34,845 bases of DNA from a virus (taxonomy: Duplodnaviria; Caudoviricetes). Within the stretch, counting starts at the first letter, position 1, and every line of letters starts with the position of its first letter. Below the pieces are notes generated by a model that saw only the letters and a list, made by a program, of their open reading frames with translations, was not told the origin of the DNA and ran no database searches. The stretch spans positions 1 to 34,845 of the IMG/VR virus record IMGVR_UViG_3300031694_000020, one strand, 5' to 3'. Below, in pieces: positions 25,749 through 34,845 of the stretch. The position numbers were made by a program, and so were the translations under genes.

Positions 25749-26729
25749 ATGGGTGGAGATTCAGGATCAGACGACGATGATGGTAGCAACTCCGCTTACA
25801 CAACCCGTCCGGGCGAAGAAGGCTGGGGTGATCCAGATCCAAACACTATAACAACAGACAGACCTTACGGCACGTACGGGCAAACAACTTCTGGCGGATT
25901 AAATCCTATGAGTGCCGATGTTGGGCGCACTTATAATAATGCGATGAACCAGTGGACAGGTAAAGGTTCTGGCACTTCGGATCAGGCTATTGAAAACATG
26001 AGTCGCATGTCAGCCGCTCGCGAAGAGAGCGATCGGATGGGTACTAATACTGAAGAGCGTTTTGATAACGTAATTCCCGGTGTCAGTGACGAACAAAATA
26101 CTGGTAGAGGATACAATAATCTTCAGGGTGGAGTTGTCCCGGGAAGTTTTATAGATATGAATTCTGCGAGTTTTAGCATTCCGGGTTTGCTTATGGGTGG
26201 CGCAATGGCAAAACTTGGTGCGCCTTTCGTAGTGGGCAAAGGTTTAAGCTTGGCCGCTGAAACACTTGCAGGGGCTTTAGGAGTTAACCCACAAATCACA
26301 GTTGACGAAAAAGGAGTTGGCTTTAAATCTGGAATTGCTAGTTCTGTTCCTGTAGCAAAAGCAATTGATAGCAGTCCTATGGCTCTTAGTACTAGACCTG
26401 ATGAAAGAGGAACCGATAATATAGAACCTGAAAATAATGGTTTAATGGGTGGATTTGATCGTGGCGCTCCAAGAAATGCTGATGGGTCAATTAAATATAG
26501 TACGCCACAAGAACCCGTAAGTCCTCCCGAAGATATTAATTTAGGGGAAGAAGATGACCCTAGATTTATACCCGGCGCATCAGGACGTGGTGCTGTAGAT
26601 CCTAGAGGTTACATGCCTCAAGATAACATAACCCTAAAAGATGACGAAGAGGATGCCCTTGTTTCCCAAAGGAACTTCAGATCAGGGAATAATTCTTTAT
26701 TCACTAACGGTCGTAGAGGTTATACCTAA
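25749..26729 (+). CDS. Low-complexity acidic/Gly-rich protein before the portal
   Basis: MGG start and a central hydrophobic Gly/Ala segment. Its stop overlaps the portal ATG. Confidence 0.65.
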   Translation: MGGDSGSDDDDGSNSAYTTRPGEEGWGDPDPNTITTDRPYGTYGQTTSGGLNPMSADVGRTYNNAMNQWTGKGSGTSDQAIENMSRMSAAREESDRMGTNTEERFDNVIPGVSDEQNTGRGYNNLQGGVVPGSFIDMNSASFSIPGLLMGGAMAKLGAPFVVGKGLSLAAETLAGALGVNPQITVDEKGVGFKSGIASSVPVAKAIDSSPMALSTRPDERGTDNIEPENNGLMGGFDRGAPRNADGSIKYSTPQEPVSPPEDINLGEEDDPRFIPGASGRGAVDPRGYMPQDNITLKDDEEDALVSQRNFRSGNNSLFTNGRRGYT

Positions 26730-28294
26730 TGGCAATGAAAACAATTAGAGAAATGATAGAAGGGGAGGAGCGTGCCCTTGGATTAAGGCGTAACTGGGAG
26801 CCAATATGGGGGGACTGTTACGATTATTGTATGCCCGGTCATAATGGCTTCACAAATTTATCACCCGGACAACGTGCTGACGAACTAATCTTTGACGAGA
26901 CTGCTATTGTTGGTACTCAGGAATTTGCTTCCCGTATGGTGCAAGGTATTGTCCCTAATAACTCACGGTGGACTAGACTAGAACCAGCACCCGAAGTAAT
27001 GGGAGAGCTTGATGAAAAACAAATAGCTCAGCTACAAGGTGAACTAGACGAAGTAACTGATTACGCTTTTGATGTCATTAATAATTCCAATTTTAGTCAA
27101 GAAGTTCACGAAGCTATGCTCGATGTAGCTATCGGTACAGGTAATATGACAATAGAAGAGGGAGATGCTATTAATCCCCTTAAATTTAGTGCTGTCCCCC
27201 TAAGTCATGTAGCTTTAGAGAGGGGTCCATATGATTCTATTGGGGCGCAATACAGAAAAAGAGTAGTTCGAGCCGATAATATTATGACTATATGGCCTGA
27301 AGGTAATCTTAACAGAGAACTTCGCGAAGTAATTGCAAAGGAGCCTCATAAAGAAATTACTGTGTCAGAAGTCTGCTCTAGGGATTGGAGTGAAATAGAC
27401 GAAACTCATCATTACTGTGTTTATCTAAAGTCTGGCGAGCATAAAATTCACAGTGAAACTTATACAGGGATTGGTTCTAATCCTTGGGTTAGTTTTCGCT
27501 GGGCTAAGACAGCAGGAGAAATATACGGTAGGGGGCCAATCTTTAATGGCTTGTCTGCAATCAAAACATGCAATCTTACAGTCCAATTAATCTTAGAGAA
27601 TGCCGAACTTGCTGTTTCTGGTGTATGGCAAGGTGATGATGACGGCGTTCTTAACCCTGCTAACATTCGTTTGATCCCCGGAACAGTTATTCCTCGGTCT
27701 GCTGGTAGCCGTGGGCTTGAGCCTTTGCAATTCCCAGGGTCTTTTGATGTAGCCCAATTAGTTCTTAATGATATGCGTCATAATATTAATAGAGCGTTGT
27801 ATAACGAAACATTAGGTCGGAGAGAAGGCACCCCTATCTCTGCTACTGAGGTAGCTGAAAGAATGGGAGAGTTATCTAGGCAATTAGGCAGTACTTATGG
27901 CAGACTACAAGCTGAGCTTGTTTTGCCTTTAATGAAAAGAGTCCTGTACATATTAAAAAAGCAGGGTCGCATCAGTCTCCCACAAATAGACGGGCGAGAA
28001 ATTCGGATTCGCGCTGTCTCCCCCATGATGAGGGCACAACGCAATGAAGATATCTCACAGCACATTAACTATGTGCGTACAATCGGAGAATTGTTTGGCC
28101 CTGCAACTGTTCAGACTATTGTAGACCCAAGGAAATTCTCAGAGAAACTTGCGCCTTGGTACGAAGTCGATCCTGCTATCTTGATGTCAGAAGAAAAAGC
28201 TCAAGAGCTTGCTCAACAGACAGGTGAAATGGCAGGACAAGGCGGGGCTAGTGCTGGTGATGTGATGTCACAAATGAAGGAGTTGATGCCTTAA
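26729..28294 (+). CDS. Portal (head-to-tail connector) protein, T7 gp8-like
   Basis: IFDETA, SNFSQEVHE...D...GTG, FRW....GEIYGRGP and SATEVAER motifs. Confidence 0.93.
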   Translation: MAMKTIREMIEGEERALGLRRNWEPIWGDCYDYCMPGHNGFTNLSPGQRADELIFDETAIVGTQEFASRMVQGIVPNNSRWTRLEPAPEVMGELDEKQIAQLQGELDEVTDYAFDVINNSNFSQEVHEAMLDVAIGTGNMTIEEGDAINPLKFSAVPLSHVALERGPYDSIGAQYRKRVVRADNIMTIWPEGNLNRELREVIAKEPHKEITVSEVCSRDWSEIDETHHYCVYLKSGEHKIHSETYTGIGSNPWVSFRWAKTAGEIYGRGPIFNGLSAIKTCNLTVQLILENAELAVSGVWQGDDDGVLNPANIRLIPGTVIPRSAGSRGLEPLQFPGSFDVAQLVLNDMRHNINRALYNETLGRREGTPISATEVAERMGELSRQLGSTYGRLQAELVLPLMKRVLYILKKQGRISLPQIDGREIRIRAVSPMMRAQRNEDISQHINYVRTIGELFGPATVQTIVDPRKFSEKLAPWYEVDPAILMSEEKAQELAQQTGEMAGQGGASAGDVMSQMKELMP

Positions 28295-28530
28295 TGAAGC
28301 CACGGCGTGAAGTGAGTCAAGAAACTGTTAAGTTGAATAAATTATTTAGAGCCGCATTTACTACTGGTCCGGGTAAAGCTGTCTTAAATCATCTTAAACA
28401 AATCAGTATCTATAGTATAGGAGGCCCGGGCATTACACCCGACACTCTTATGCATATGGAAGGGCAACGGTTTATAGTTGCTGAAATCGAGAAGCGTGTA
28501 GAATTAGGAAAGGGTTCCGGCGATGAGTGA
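28294..28530 (+). CDS. Small post-portal protein (Bbp19-like)
   Basis: F.T..GKAVL.HL...EGQRFIV..I pattern. Confidence 0.7.
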   Translation: MKPRREVSQETVKLNKLFRAAFTTGPGKAVLNHLKQISIYSIGGPGITPDTLMHMEGQRFIVAEIEKRVELGKGSGDE

Positions 28531-29308
28531 AGATAGTGCAAGTATGATCGAGGCTGTAGAGGAAACTAATCCAGCAGTCGAGACTGAAACTAAAGAAGTT
28601 GATACAGAGACAGCATCACGTCCTGAGTATGTTCCTGAAAAGTATTGGAATGCTGAACGTGGTGAAACTGATGTTGAGAAACTAAGTAAAGGTTACAATG
28701 AAATTGCCAGTGCTTTCGGCAAAAAACACGAAGACTTAACAGCAGAAATTTCTTCAAAGATACAGAAAGATAGTCGTAAAGATGTGCCAAAGACTGCTGA
28801 AGAGTATGTGTTTGAGCCAAGTACAGAACTAGTACCAGAAGGTAAAAAATTTAATCTCAATAAAGACAACCCTCAACTAAAAGAGTTTGGTATTTTGGCT
28901 CACGATATCGGTCTAAGTCCATCTCAATACAATCAAGTTGTTAATCTTTATGTCGCTAACGAACTTGCAATGATGCCAGATAAAAAAGCAGAAGTTGCTA
29001 AACTTGGTGAAAATTCTGGCGCTAGAATTGAGCGTGTAGATATGTGGTCAAAAGCAAATCTTTCTGAAAACGCTTACAACGCTGTTGTTGGTCAGTCTAT
29101 TTCAGGAGAATTTATTATGGCTATGGAAGAGCTAATAGATAAGACTTCCGGTGCTACTCTTGACGGTGGAGATGAAAAACATCAAGGAGCTTTAACATTA
29201 GAAGAGCTTCAAACTATGCAAAAAGACCCACGCTACCGTGACCCAAGACATCGTGAAGACGGTTTTGTTAAGCGCGTTGAGGCTGGGTTTACAGCTTTGG
29301 CTAGTTAG
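28523..29308 (+). CDS. Capsid assembly scaffolding protein
   Basis: Acidic, RPEYVPEKYW, and C-terminal MQKDPRY...D..FVKRVE. Lies between portal and MCP. Confidence 0.85.
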   Translation: MSEDSASMIEAVEETNPAVETETKEVDTETASRPEYVPEKYWNAERGETDVEKLSKGYNEIASAFGKKHEDLTAEISSKIQKDSRKDVPKTAEEYVFEPSTELVPEGKKFNLNKDNPQLKEFGILAHDIGLSPSQYNQVVNLYVANELAMMPDKKAEVAKLGENSGARIERVDMWSKANLSENAYNAVVGQSISGEFIMAMEELIDKTSGATLDGGDEKHQGALTLEELQTMQKDPRYRDPRHREDGFVKRVEAGFTALAS

Positions 29309-29584
29309 ATGACTGCAATAGAACGAGGAGGAGAAAAATTTTCTGGTATTAATAAGCCAAAAAGAACTCCTAAACACAAAACAAAATCTCATGCGGTTGT
29401 GGCTAAAGATGGTGATAAAATTAAATTAATAAGATTCGGACAACAAGGAGTGAGTGGTGCAGGTTCTAGCCCTAAAACTACTAAAGATAAAAATAGAAGA
29501 AGTTCGTTTAAAGCTAGACATGCTCAAAACATTTCTAAAGGAAAAATGTCAGCGGCTTATTGGTCAAATAAAGTTAAATGGTAA
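29309..29584 (+). CDS. Highly basic conserved-type phage protein
   Basis: KLIRFGQQG...RRSSFKARH...SAAYWSNKVKW. Confidence 0.8.
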   Translation: MTAIERGGEKFSGINKPKRTPKHKTKSHAVVAKDGDKIKLIRFGQQGVSGAGSSPKTTKDKNRRSSFKARHAQNISKGKMSAAYWSNKVKW

Positions 29585-29594
29585 GGAGAGTAAA

Positions 29595-29693
29595 ATGCCA
29601 CAAGGTAAAGGAACGTACGGAAAAGTTAAAGGAAGGCCGCCTAAAAAAGGTGTAAAAAAAATTGGTAAGAAGAAACCAGTGCGGCGTGGTTAG
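29595..29693 (+). CDS. 32-aa Lys/Gly-rich basic peptide
   Basis: AAGGAG RBS. MPQGKGTYGKVKGRPPKKGVKKIGKKKPVRRG. Confidence 0.75.
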   Translation: MPQGKGTYGKVKGRPPKKGVKKIGKKKPVRRG

Positions 29694-29728
29694 TCTTTAA
29701 CCTCCCTGTGTAAACTTGCACATTTTTA

Positions 29729-29766
29729 TTTTGTGCGTTGACCTGTCGGGCTAGGCAGGTCATTTT
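29729..29766 (+). promoter_or_regulatory. Putative late promoter for the major capsid gene
   Basis: TTTTGTGCG TTGACC N17 CATTTT. Confidence 0.6.
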
Positions 29767-29886
29767 TTTATTGTTACCCTCGGCCCGAAGTTTCGGAATG
29801 CGGCCCTAGTAAGGATACCCGACCTACGAATCCGACGACACCCGATTTTAATTTTAACTCTTGTGTTCAACGATTTGGAGGAAAGT

Positions 29887-30717
29887 ATGTCTTTTCCTGA
29901 CATCAATGATTCATTTGTAAAGCAATTTGAATCTGAAGCGCATATGGAATACCAACAAATGGGTTCTAAACTGCGTAACACCATCCGTACTAAAGCTGGT
30001 ATCGCTGGTGAATCTACTACATTTCAGGTAATTGGAAACGTAGACGTTGGAACTAAAGCCCGAAACGGCAAGGTTCCTCGTTCTGAAGCTTCTCATGCGC
30101 CTGTTGAAGTAACTCTACAAGACCGTTATGCATCCGTGATGATAGACGATCTTGACGAGCTTAAAATCCAACATGACGAACGTGGTGTTCAAGCTAAGAA
30201 TATTGCGGCGGCTATGGGTAAGGATACTGATACTATTATCCTAACAGCTATGGATGCTTCAGCTAACAGCAACAATGTTACTTCTGCAGAAACATTTTCT
30301 GCGGCGGCAACAGCAATCGGAGTTATGGAAGATTTTGGTAATGCTTCTATTCCTTTTGATGGCGAGCTTTATGCTTGTGTTTGTTGGGAAGCTTGGGGCG
30401 ATCTGCTTGATCTTGATGAATTTTCAAATGCAGATTATGTTCAGAGTGAACAGCTTTGGTTTGAAGGCGTTACAGCTAAGAAGTGGTTGGGCTTTAATTG
30501 GTTCCCACATGAGAACTTACCTGTTGATGGCTCTAACGATGCTAAGAATTTCTTCTACCATCGTTCCTCAGTCGGTCATGCAATCGGTCAGGATTACTCA
30601 CAGCGAATAGATTATCTTGCTGAGTATGATTCTAATCAAGTGCTGGCTAAAATGTCGCATGGTGCTGGCCTTATCGATGATACGGGTTGCATTGAGCGTC
30701 TTTATAACAGCGCGTGA
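29887..30717 (+). CDS. Major capsid protein
   Basis: GGAGG RBS. FVKQFESE...YQQMGSKLRNT, IDDLDELK and AAAMGKDTD. Follows the scaffold. Confidence 0.92.
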   Translation: MSFPDINDSFVKQFESEAHMEYQQMGSKLRNTIRTKAGIAGESTTFQVIGNVDVGTKARNGKVPRSEASHAPVEVTLQDRYASVMIDDLDELKIQHDERGVQAKNIAAAMGKDTDTIILTAMDASANSNNVTSAETFSAAATAIGVMEDFGNASIPFDGELYACVCWEAWGDLLDLDEFSNADYVQSEQLWFEGVTAKKWLGFNWFPHENLPVDGSNDAKNFFYHRSSVGHAIGQDYSQRIDYLAEYDSNQVLAKMSHGAGLIDDTGCIERLYNSA

Positions 30718-30735
30718 TAAAGGAGTATTTGAACG

Positions 30736-31023
30736 ATGGCTTATAGCGCAGACGGACTTGTCAAAATGTCTTCAGGAGGAGGTGCTAATGTTTATTTTTA
30801 CCGTTCTCTCGACACGGCGGCAACAATTAACTCAGCGGCTTATTTCAACAGCGCAGTAGATTTTCTGAATGTTGGTGATTTAATAATACAACAGCAAGTT
30901 GGTGGCACAGTTGCTGTCCCTACTTCTGTAACTGCTGGAACACTGATGTGGGTTTTGTCTAATACTGGAACAGTGGTTGACGTATCTAACGGTACTGCAA
31001 TTGTTGTTACTGACTCAGACTAA
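30736..31023 (+). CDS. Putative minor capsid/decoration protein
   Basis: AAGGAG RBS. Small beta-rich protein immediately after MCP. Confidence 0.65.
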   Translation: MAYSADGLVKMSSGGGANVYFYRSLDTAATINSAAYFNSAVDFLNVGDLIIQQQVGGTVAVPTSVTAGTLMWVLSNTGTVVDVSNGTAIVVTDSD

Positions 31024-31025
31024 TA

Positions 31026-31086
31026 ACTCCACGCCGGAGTGTGGTGGGGCGAAGGGTTTTTTCTGGTTTCTCCCTAAGTCCCACCT
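31026..31086 (+). terminator. Stem-loops after the capsid genes (terminator or processing site)
   Basis: ACTCC-ACGCC-GGAGT and GGTGGG...AGGG/CCCT...CCCACC. No clean downstream U-tract. Confidence 0.4.
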
Positions 31087-31104
31087 ATTCCTGAAAGTAT
31101 TTAA

Positions 31105-31683
31105 ATGAGTGTAGCGACCACAGACGTTGCAGTTGCCTCAAAAGGATTAGTTCTTATCGGAGCTGATCCTATTGCCGCTTTTGACGGTAGTAGTCGAGGA
31201 GCTATTGTTGCTGAACATATTTACGATGAAGCAATAGAAGATATCTTAACAGATACGCCATGGTCTTTTGCTACAACGCAAGGCGACTTATCTCATTTAT
31301 CTGATACCCCAGAATCAATTTGGTCTGATGCTTGGCAAAAGCCTACTGAAGCTCTTTTGATACGCAGGGTTACTGTTAATGACACTGATATTGATTACGA
31401 AGTCTATGCAGACAAGATTTATTGTAACTATGATGAAAACAATATCCTTACAATGAATTATATCTTTAGGGCACTTGAACAAGATTGGCCCCCATATTTT
31501 AGGTTTGCGGCAGAATTAAAATTAGCAAGTATTTTTGCTATGTCTGTTGCAGGTAAGCCAGATATGGCAGATACTTTTCAACAAAAAGCAGAGTACGCAT
31601 TACGTAAAGCGAGAAGTCAAGATGGTCAATCCGATACGACCCACGCTATTACAACTAGCCGTTTTATTATTGCCCGGAGGTAG
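31105..31683 (+). CDS. Tail tubular protein A (adaptor, T7 gp11-like)
   Basis: L..IGADPI..F, PWSFAT and WPPYF...LA motifs, plus position. Confidence 0.85.
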   Translation: MSVATTDVAVASKGLVLIGADPIAAFDGSSRGAIVAEHIYDEAIEDILTDTPWSFATTQGDLSHLSDTPESIWSDAWQKPTEALLIRRVTVNDTDIDYEVYADKIYCNYDENNILTMNYIFRALEQDWPPYFRFAAELKLASIFAMSVAGKPDMADTFQQKAEYALRKARSQDGQSDTTHAITTSRFIIARR

Positions 31684-31686
31684 ATT

Positions 31687-33606
31687 GTGCCTTTAAGAGC
31701 AACAACATTCCAAACAAATTTTTCTTCCGGTCAGCTTGATCCCCGTATGATGTCTCGATCAGATGTCGGGGTTTACAATAATTCGGGAGAGAACTTGCTT
31801 AATAACTCTCCTTTAGTTCAAGGTGGTGTTCGTCGCCGTCCGGGGACAGATTACCTAGCAACCCTGACAGGCCACACTCGCTTAGAAAAACTAAGGTTTA
31901 ATGAGACACAGCTTTATATATTTGCATTTTCTAATGCCCAGTTAAAGATATTTAGTAAAGCAGGGGCTTTATTGCAGACACTTACTTCTCAACCGTGGAC
32001 TGCTACTACCATGTGGGAAATGCGACTTACGTCAGCAGGTGATACAACTATTATTGCCCATGAAGATTTTGCTATGCAAAAGCTCTTGCGTACAGGAGCT
32101 AGCTCTTTTACCATTGCCGCTTACGCATTTGAGACTCATAGTTCCGGCTATCCTAGATACCACCCCTTCTATAAATTTGCGAGTTCTGATGTAACACTTG
32201 CGGCTAGTGCATCAACTGTAGGTACAGGAAGAACATTAACCGCTTCTAGCGCAGTATTTGTTTCAGCTCATGTAGGATCGATTCTAAGATATAGCGGTAA
32301 AGAATGTGATGTGACAGCGTTTGTTGATAGCACGCATCTTACTGTTACTATTAGAGAAGCTTTTTCAGGTACAGCGGCTACTATTGATTGGGATGAAAAT
32401 GTATTTTCAGCGGCAAATGGTTATGCTAAATCATGTGCGTTCCATGCTCGTAGGCTTTGGTTTGGTGGCTCCAGGGACTTACCGTCTCATTTATTTTCTT
32501 CTAAAACAAATGCGTTCTTTAACTTTGATGTTGGTACAGGGATTGATGCAGAAAGTATTCAAGCGCCTCTAGGCTCTGATAGTGTGTCTGAGATCCTCCA
32601 TCTCCACTCAGGCAGACATTTAATAGTATTTACAGATAGCGGCGTTTACTACGTACAAGAGTCTAATACGACCCCTGTAAGCCCCTCTAACTTCAATCCT
32701 CGCTTTACTGTACCCTATGGGTGCGCTCAAGCCACACCGAAACGGTATGACAGCGCTACGCTCTTTGTACAGGATACTGGTAAAGTCGTTAGAGAACTGC
32801 TTTGGAATGATTTGCAACAAGCATATGGTGCGGAACCGATTAGTTTAGTATCGAATGATATGATTAACGATGTTCAGGACCAAGATGTTTTCTATGGTAA
32901 CAGCACTGGACCAGAGCAGTTTAATGTTATTGTTAATGCAGATGGTAGCATGTCTATCTATCATTCTGTTCGATCCGAAAAAATTGCGGCATGGTTTCCT
33001 TGGAAAACTACTGGGAATTTTGAAAGTGTTACTGAACTGAATGGTGAAATTTTTGTTTCAGTAAAACGTACTGTTAACAGTTCAGTTGTTTACTATCTTG
33101 AGAAGTTTAACTTTTTAAAGACTGTGGATTGCTCTGCAACATTAAGCAACGTCTCTGGAAATATATGGCAGGGGTTATCTCACCTTGTCGCCTCAAGTGT
33201 TTCTTGTGTAGACAGCAACATTTATCACGGAGACTTCTCAGTTTCTGGTAGTGGGCGTATTACTCTTAATGAAGCGGGTTCAGCCCCAGTTGCGGGATTA
33301 AATTTTACACGGACAATAATTGATATGCCAGCTAACATAGAAGGGCCAAGCGGCAGTAAACGTGGTTCTCAAAAGATGGTTGGTGAAATTATTATTGAAG
33401 TTTATGATACAGCTAATTTTGCTGTAAACAATCAGGAGTTCTTAATTCGTCAGGTAGACGATGATCTAAGCACTAGTCCTGCGGCAGTTACAGGTACTTA
33501 TCAATTCTATGGTGGAGGTTGGTCACGGGATGCCCAAGTTACTATAACTCAGACAGCTCCTTTAAAAGGGACAGTACTTAGTATTTGGAAGGAGATACTA
33601 GCATGA
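31687..33606 (+). CDS. Tail tubular protein B (nozzle, T7 gp12/P22 gp10-like)
   Basis: QTNFSSGQLDP, QGGVRRRPGT, FHARRLWFGG and IAAW motifs. Confidence 0.9.
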   Translation: MPLRATTFQTNFSSGQLDPRMMSRSDVGVYNNSGENLLNNSPLVQGGVRRRPGTDYLATLTGHTRLEKLRFNETQLYIFAFSNAQLKIFSKAGALLQTLTSQPWTATTMWEMRLTSAGDTTIIAHEDFAMQKLLRTGASSFTIAAYAFETHSSGYPRYHPFYKFASSDVTLAASASTVGTGRTLTASSAVFVSAHVGSILRYSGKECDVTAFVDSTHLTVTIREAFSGTAATIDWDENVFSAANGYAKSCAFHARRLWFGGSRDLPSHLFSSKTNAFFNFDVGTGIDAESIQAPLGSDSVSEILHLHSGRHLIVFTDSGVYYVQESNTTPVSPSNFNPRFTVPYGCAQATPKRYDSATLFVQDTGKVVRELLWNDLQQAYGAEPISLVSNDMINDVQDQDVFYGNSTGPEQFNVIVNADGSMSIYHSVRSEKIAAWFPWKTTGNFESVTELNGEIFVSVKRTVNSSVVYYLEKFNFLKTVDCSATLSNVSGNIWQGLSHLVASSVSCVDSNIYHGDFSVSGSGRITLNEAGSAPVAGLNFTRTIIDMPANIEGPSGSKRGSQKMVGEIIIEVYDTANFAVNNQEFLIRQVDDDLSTSPAAVTGTYQFYGGGWSRDAQVTITQTAPLKGTVLSIWKEILA

Positions 33607-34097
33607 GTTGGGATTTAGTAGTACTGGCGGCAAGTGCGGCAAGCGCGGCGGCACAGTACTCAGCAACAACAAGACAAGCAAAAGCTGGTGCACAAGCAAG
33701 TAGGATTAAAGCAGAGACAGCACAAACGAATAAAAGTATGGCAGAGCTACAAGCGTTAGACCAAGAGGTAGATCGTATTCAAGAATACAATAGACTTATG
33801 TCCTCAAATCTTAACTCTGTTGGTTACGATCCTTATGATAGTCCTTCTTTTCTAGCAATCGAGGGTGAAAGTAGGTCCGAACAGAGAGGGGATATAGATA
33901 GGATACGTCTTTTAGGAAAGCATAAAGCAGATAATTTTAAAAATACTTCAGATTTAGCTAAGATTGAAGGTGATGCATTTAGGTCTATGGGTAGAACAGC
34001 ATGGCTTCAGCCAGCAGGAACAATGATGATGGGCGCATATCAAGCGCATAAAATTACTGTACCTAAAAAGAAAAATACCACAAAGGAGACAGCATAA
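33603..34097 (+). CDS. Small internal virion protein (T7 gp14-like position)
   Basis: Ala-rich N-terminus and coiled coil. ATGA-coupled to the nozzle gene. Confidence 0.7.
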   Translation: MSWDLVVLAASAASAAAQYSATTRQAKAGAQASRIKAETAQTNKSMAELQALDQEVDRIQEYNRLMSSNLNSVGYDPYDSPSFLAIEGESRSEQRGDIDRIRLLGKHKADNFKNTSDLAKIEGDAFRSMGRTAWLQPAGTMMMGAYQAHKITVPKKKNTTKETA

Positions 34098-34845
34098 TGG
34101 CTATTAAACCATATGCAAGCAAAGTAACTGTACAGCCTGTTAGCTCCGTTAATACCGCAGGTATTATAAAAGCAGGACAAATTGGTGCTCAAAGCATGTT
34201 AGGTGCGGCTAGAGTTATGAGCACTATAGGAAATATGGCCTATAAGAAAGGAGCCGAAGTAGCTACTAAAGAAGGAGAGGAACGTGCCGCTGAAGTAGAA
34301 TTATTACGGGACGAAAGCGGTCAAACTATTTCACCAGATGATCTGCCTGAAAGTGATCGGATCTACGATCAGGTTTACAGGGCAACTGTTTTAAATAAGT
34401 ATAAAAATGATATAACACTTGATGTCTCAAAGAAATTACAACAACTAGCAATAGACAATCAATTTGAGCCTGAAGTTTTTGAAGCTCAAGCTAGCGAGTA
34501 TTTGAAAGCAACTACTGATGTTGTTGACCCTTCTGTAAGAATAGCTGTTGCTAAAGCTGGAGGTGAGAGGAAACGACAGCACTACGCATCTTTAACTAAT
34601 AAACATCAAAGCAGAACAAACCGTCAGTTTGTTGATAGTTCAAATACCATAATCTCTCAATTGGATTCTGAAGCAAAGAATGGGATTATAACGGATCAAG
34701 AAGGAACAGAAGCTCAAAGAGAAACGGTGGATAGACTTGTAGATACTATAAAGAAACTCAGGCCACACATAGGATCTGACAATGTAAAATCGCGACTAGA
34801 GTCTTTATCCCGCCAACACAAAGGAATGCGGATGTTTGTTGGGTT
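34097..34845 (+). CDS. Internal virion protein, 5' part (continues across the junction to 2528)
   Basis: AAGGAG RBS, ATG 34097 (MAIKPYASKV...), open to the end of the window and in frame with 15..2528. Confidence 0.8.
   Translation, partial: MAIKPYASKVTVQPVSSVNTAGIIKAGQIGAQSMLGAARVMSTIGNMAYKKGAEVATKEGEERAAEVELLRDESGQTISPDDLPESDRIYDQVYRATVLNKYKNDITLDVSKKLQQLAIDNQFEPEVFEAQASEYLKATTDVVDPSVRIAVAKAGGERKRQHYASLTNKHQSRTNRQFVDSSNTIISQLDSEAKNGIITDQEGTEAQRETVDRLVDTIKKLRPHIGSDNVKSRLESLSRQHKGMRMFVG
34647..34845. repeat. Terminal direct repeat, copy 2
   Basis: Matches 1-199 at 198/199 nt. Confidence 0.97.

Overview
This looks like a complete, circularly assembled dsDNA podophage genome of 34,646 bp. The last 199 nt (34647-34845) repeat positions 1-199 with one mismatch and split an internal virion gene. 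The late module (+ strand, about 22.5 kb around to 13.1 kb) runs terS, terL, portal, scaffold, major capsid protein, tail adaptor and nozzle, three ejection proteins, a multi-part tail fibre/chaperone array, and lysis genes (M15 peptidase, holin). The early region (13-21.7 kb) has a YqaJ exonuclease, Rad52/Sak-like annealase, SSB-like protein, two HTH regulators, a Holliday junction resolvase and ArdC. I recognise no DNA polymerase, primase, helicase, initiator, RNA polymerase or integrase. Size and gene order resemble HTVC010P-type marine podophages (inference, not searched). The most unusual signals are non-coding: a hairpin-dense 21.1-22.4 kb region, a ~90-nt (ACA)n/GAA tract, a four-copy TTYTGTGCG late-promoter box and a three-copy operator. 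Several unannotated micro-ORFs and a TerL Walker A lacking its lysine also stand out. All calls are by eye.
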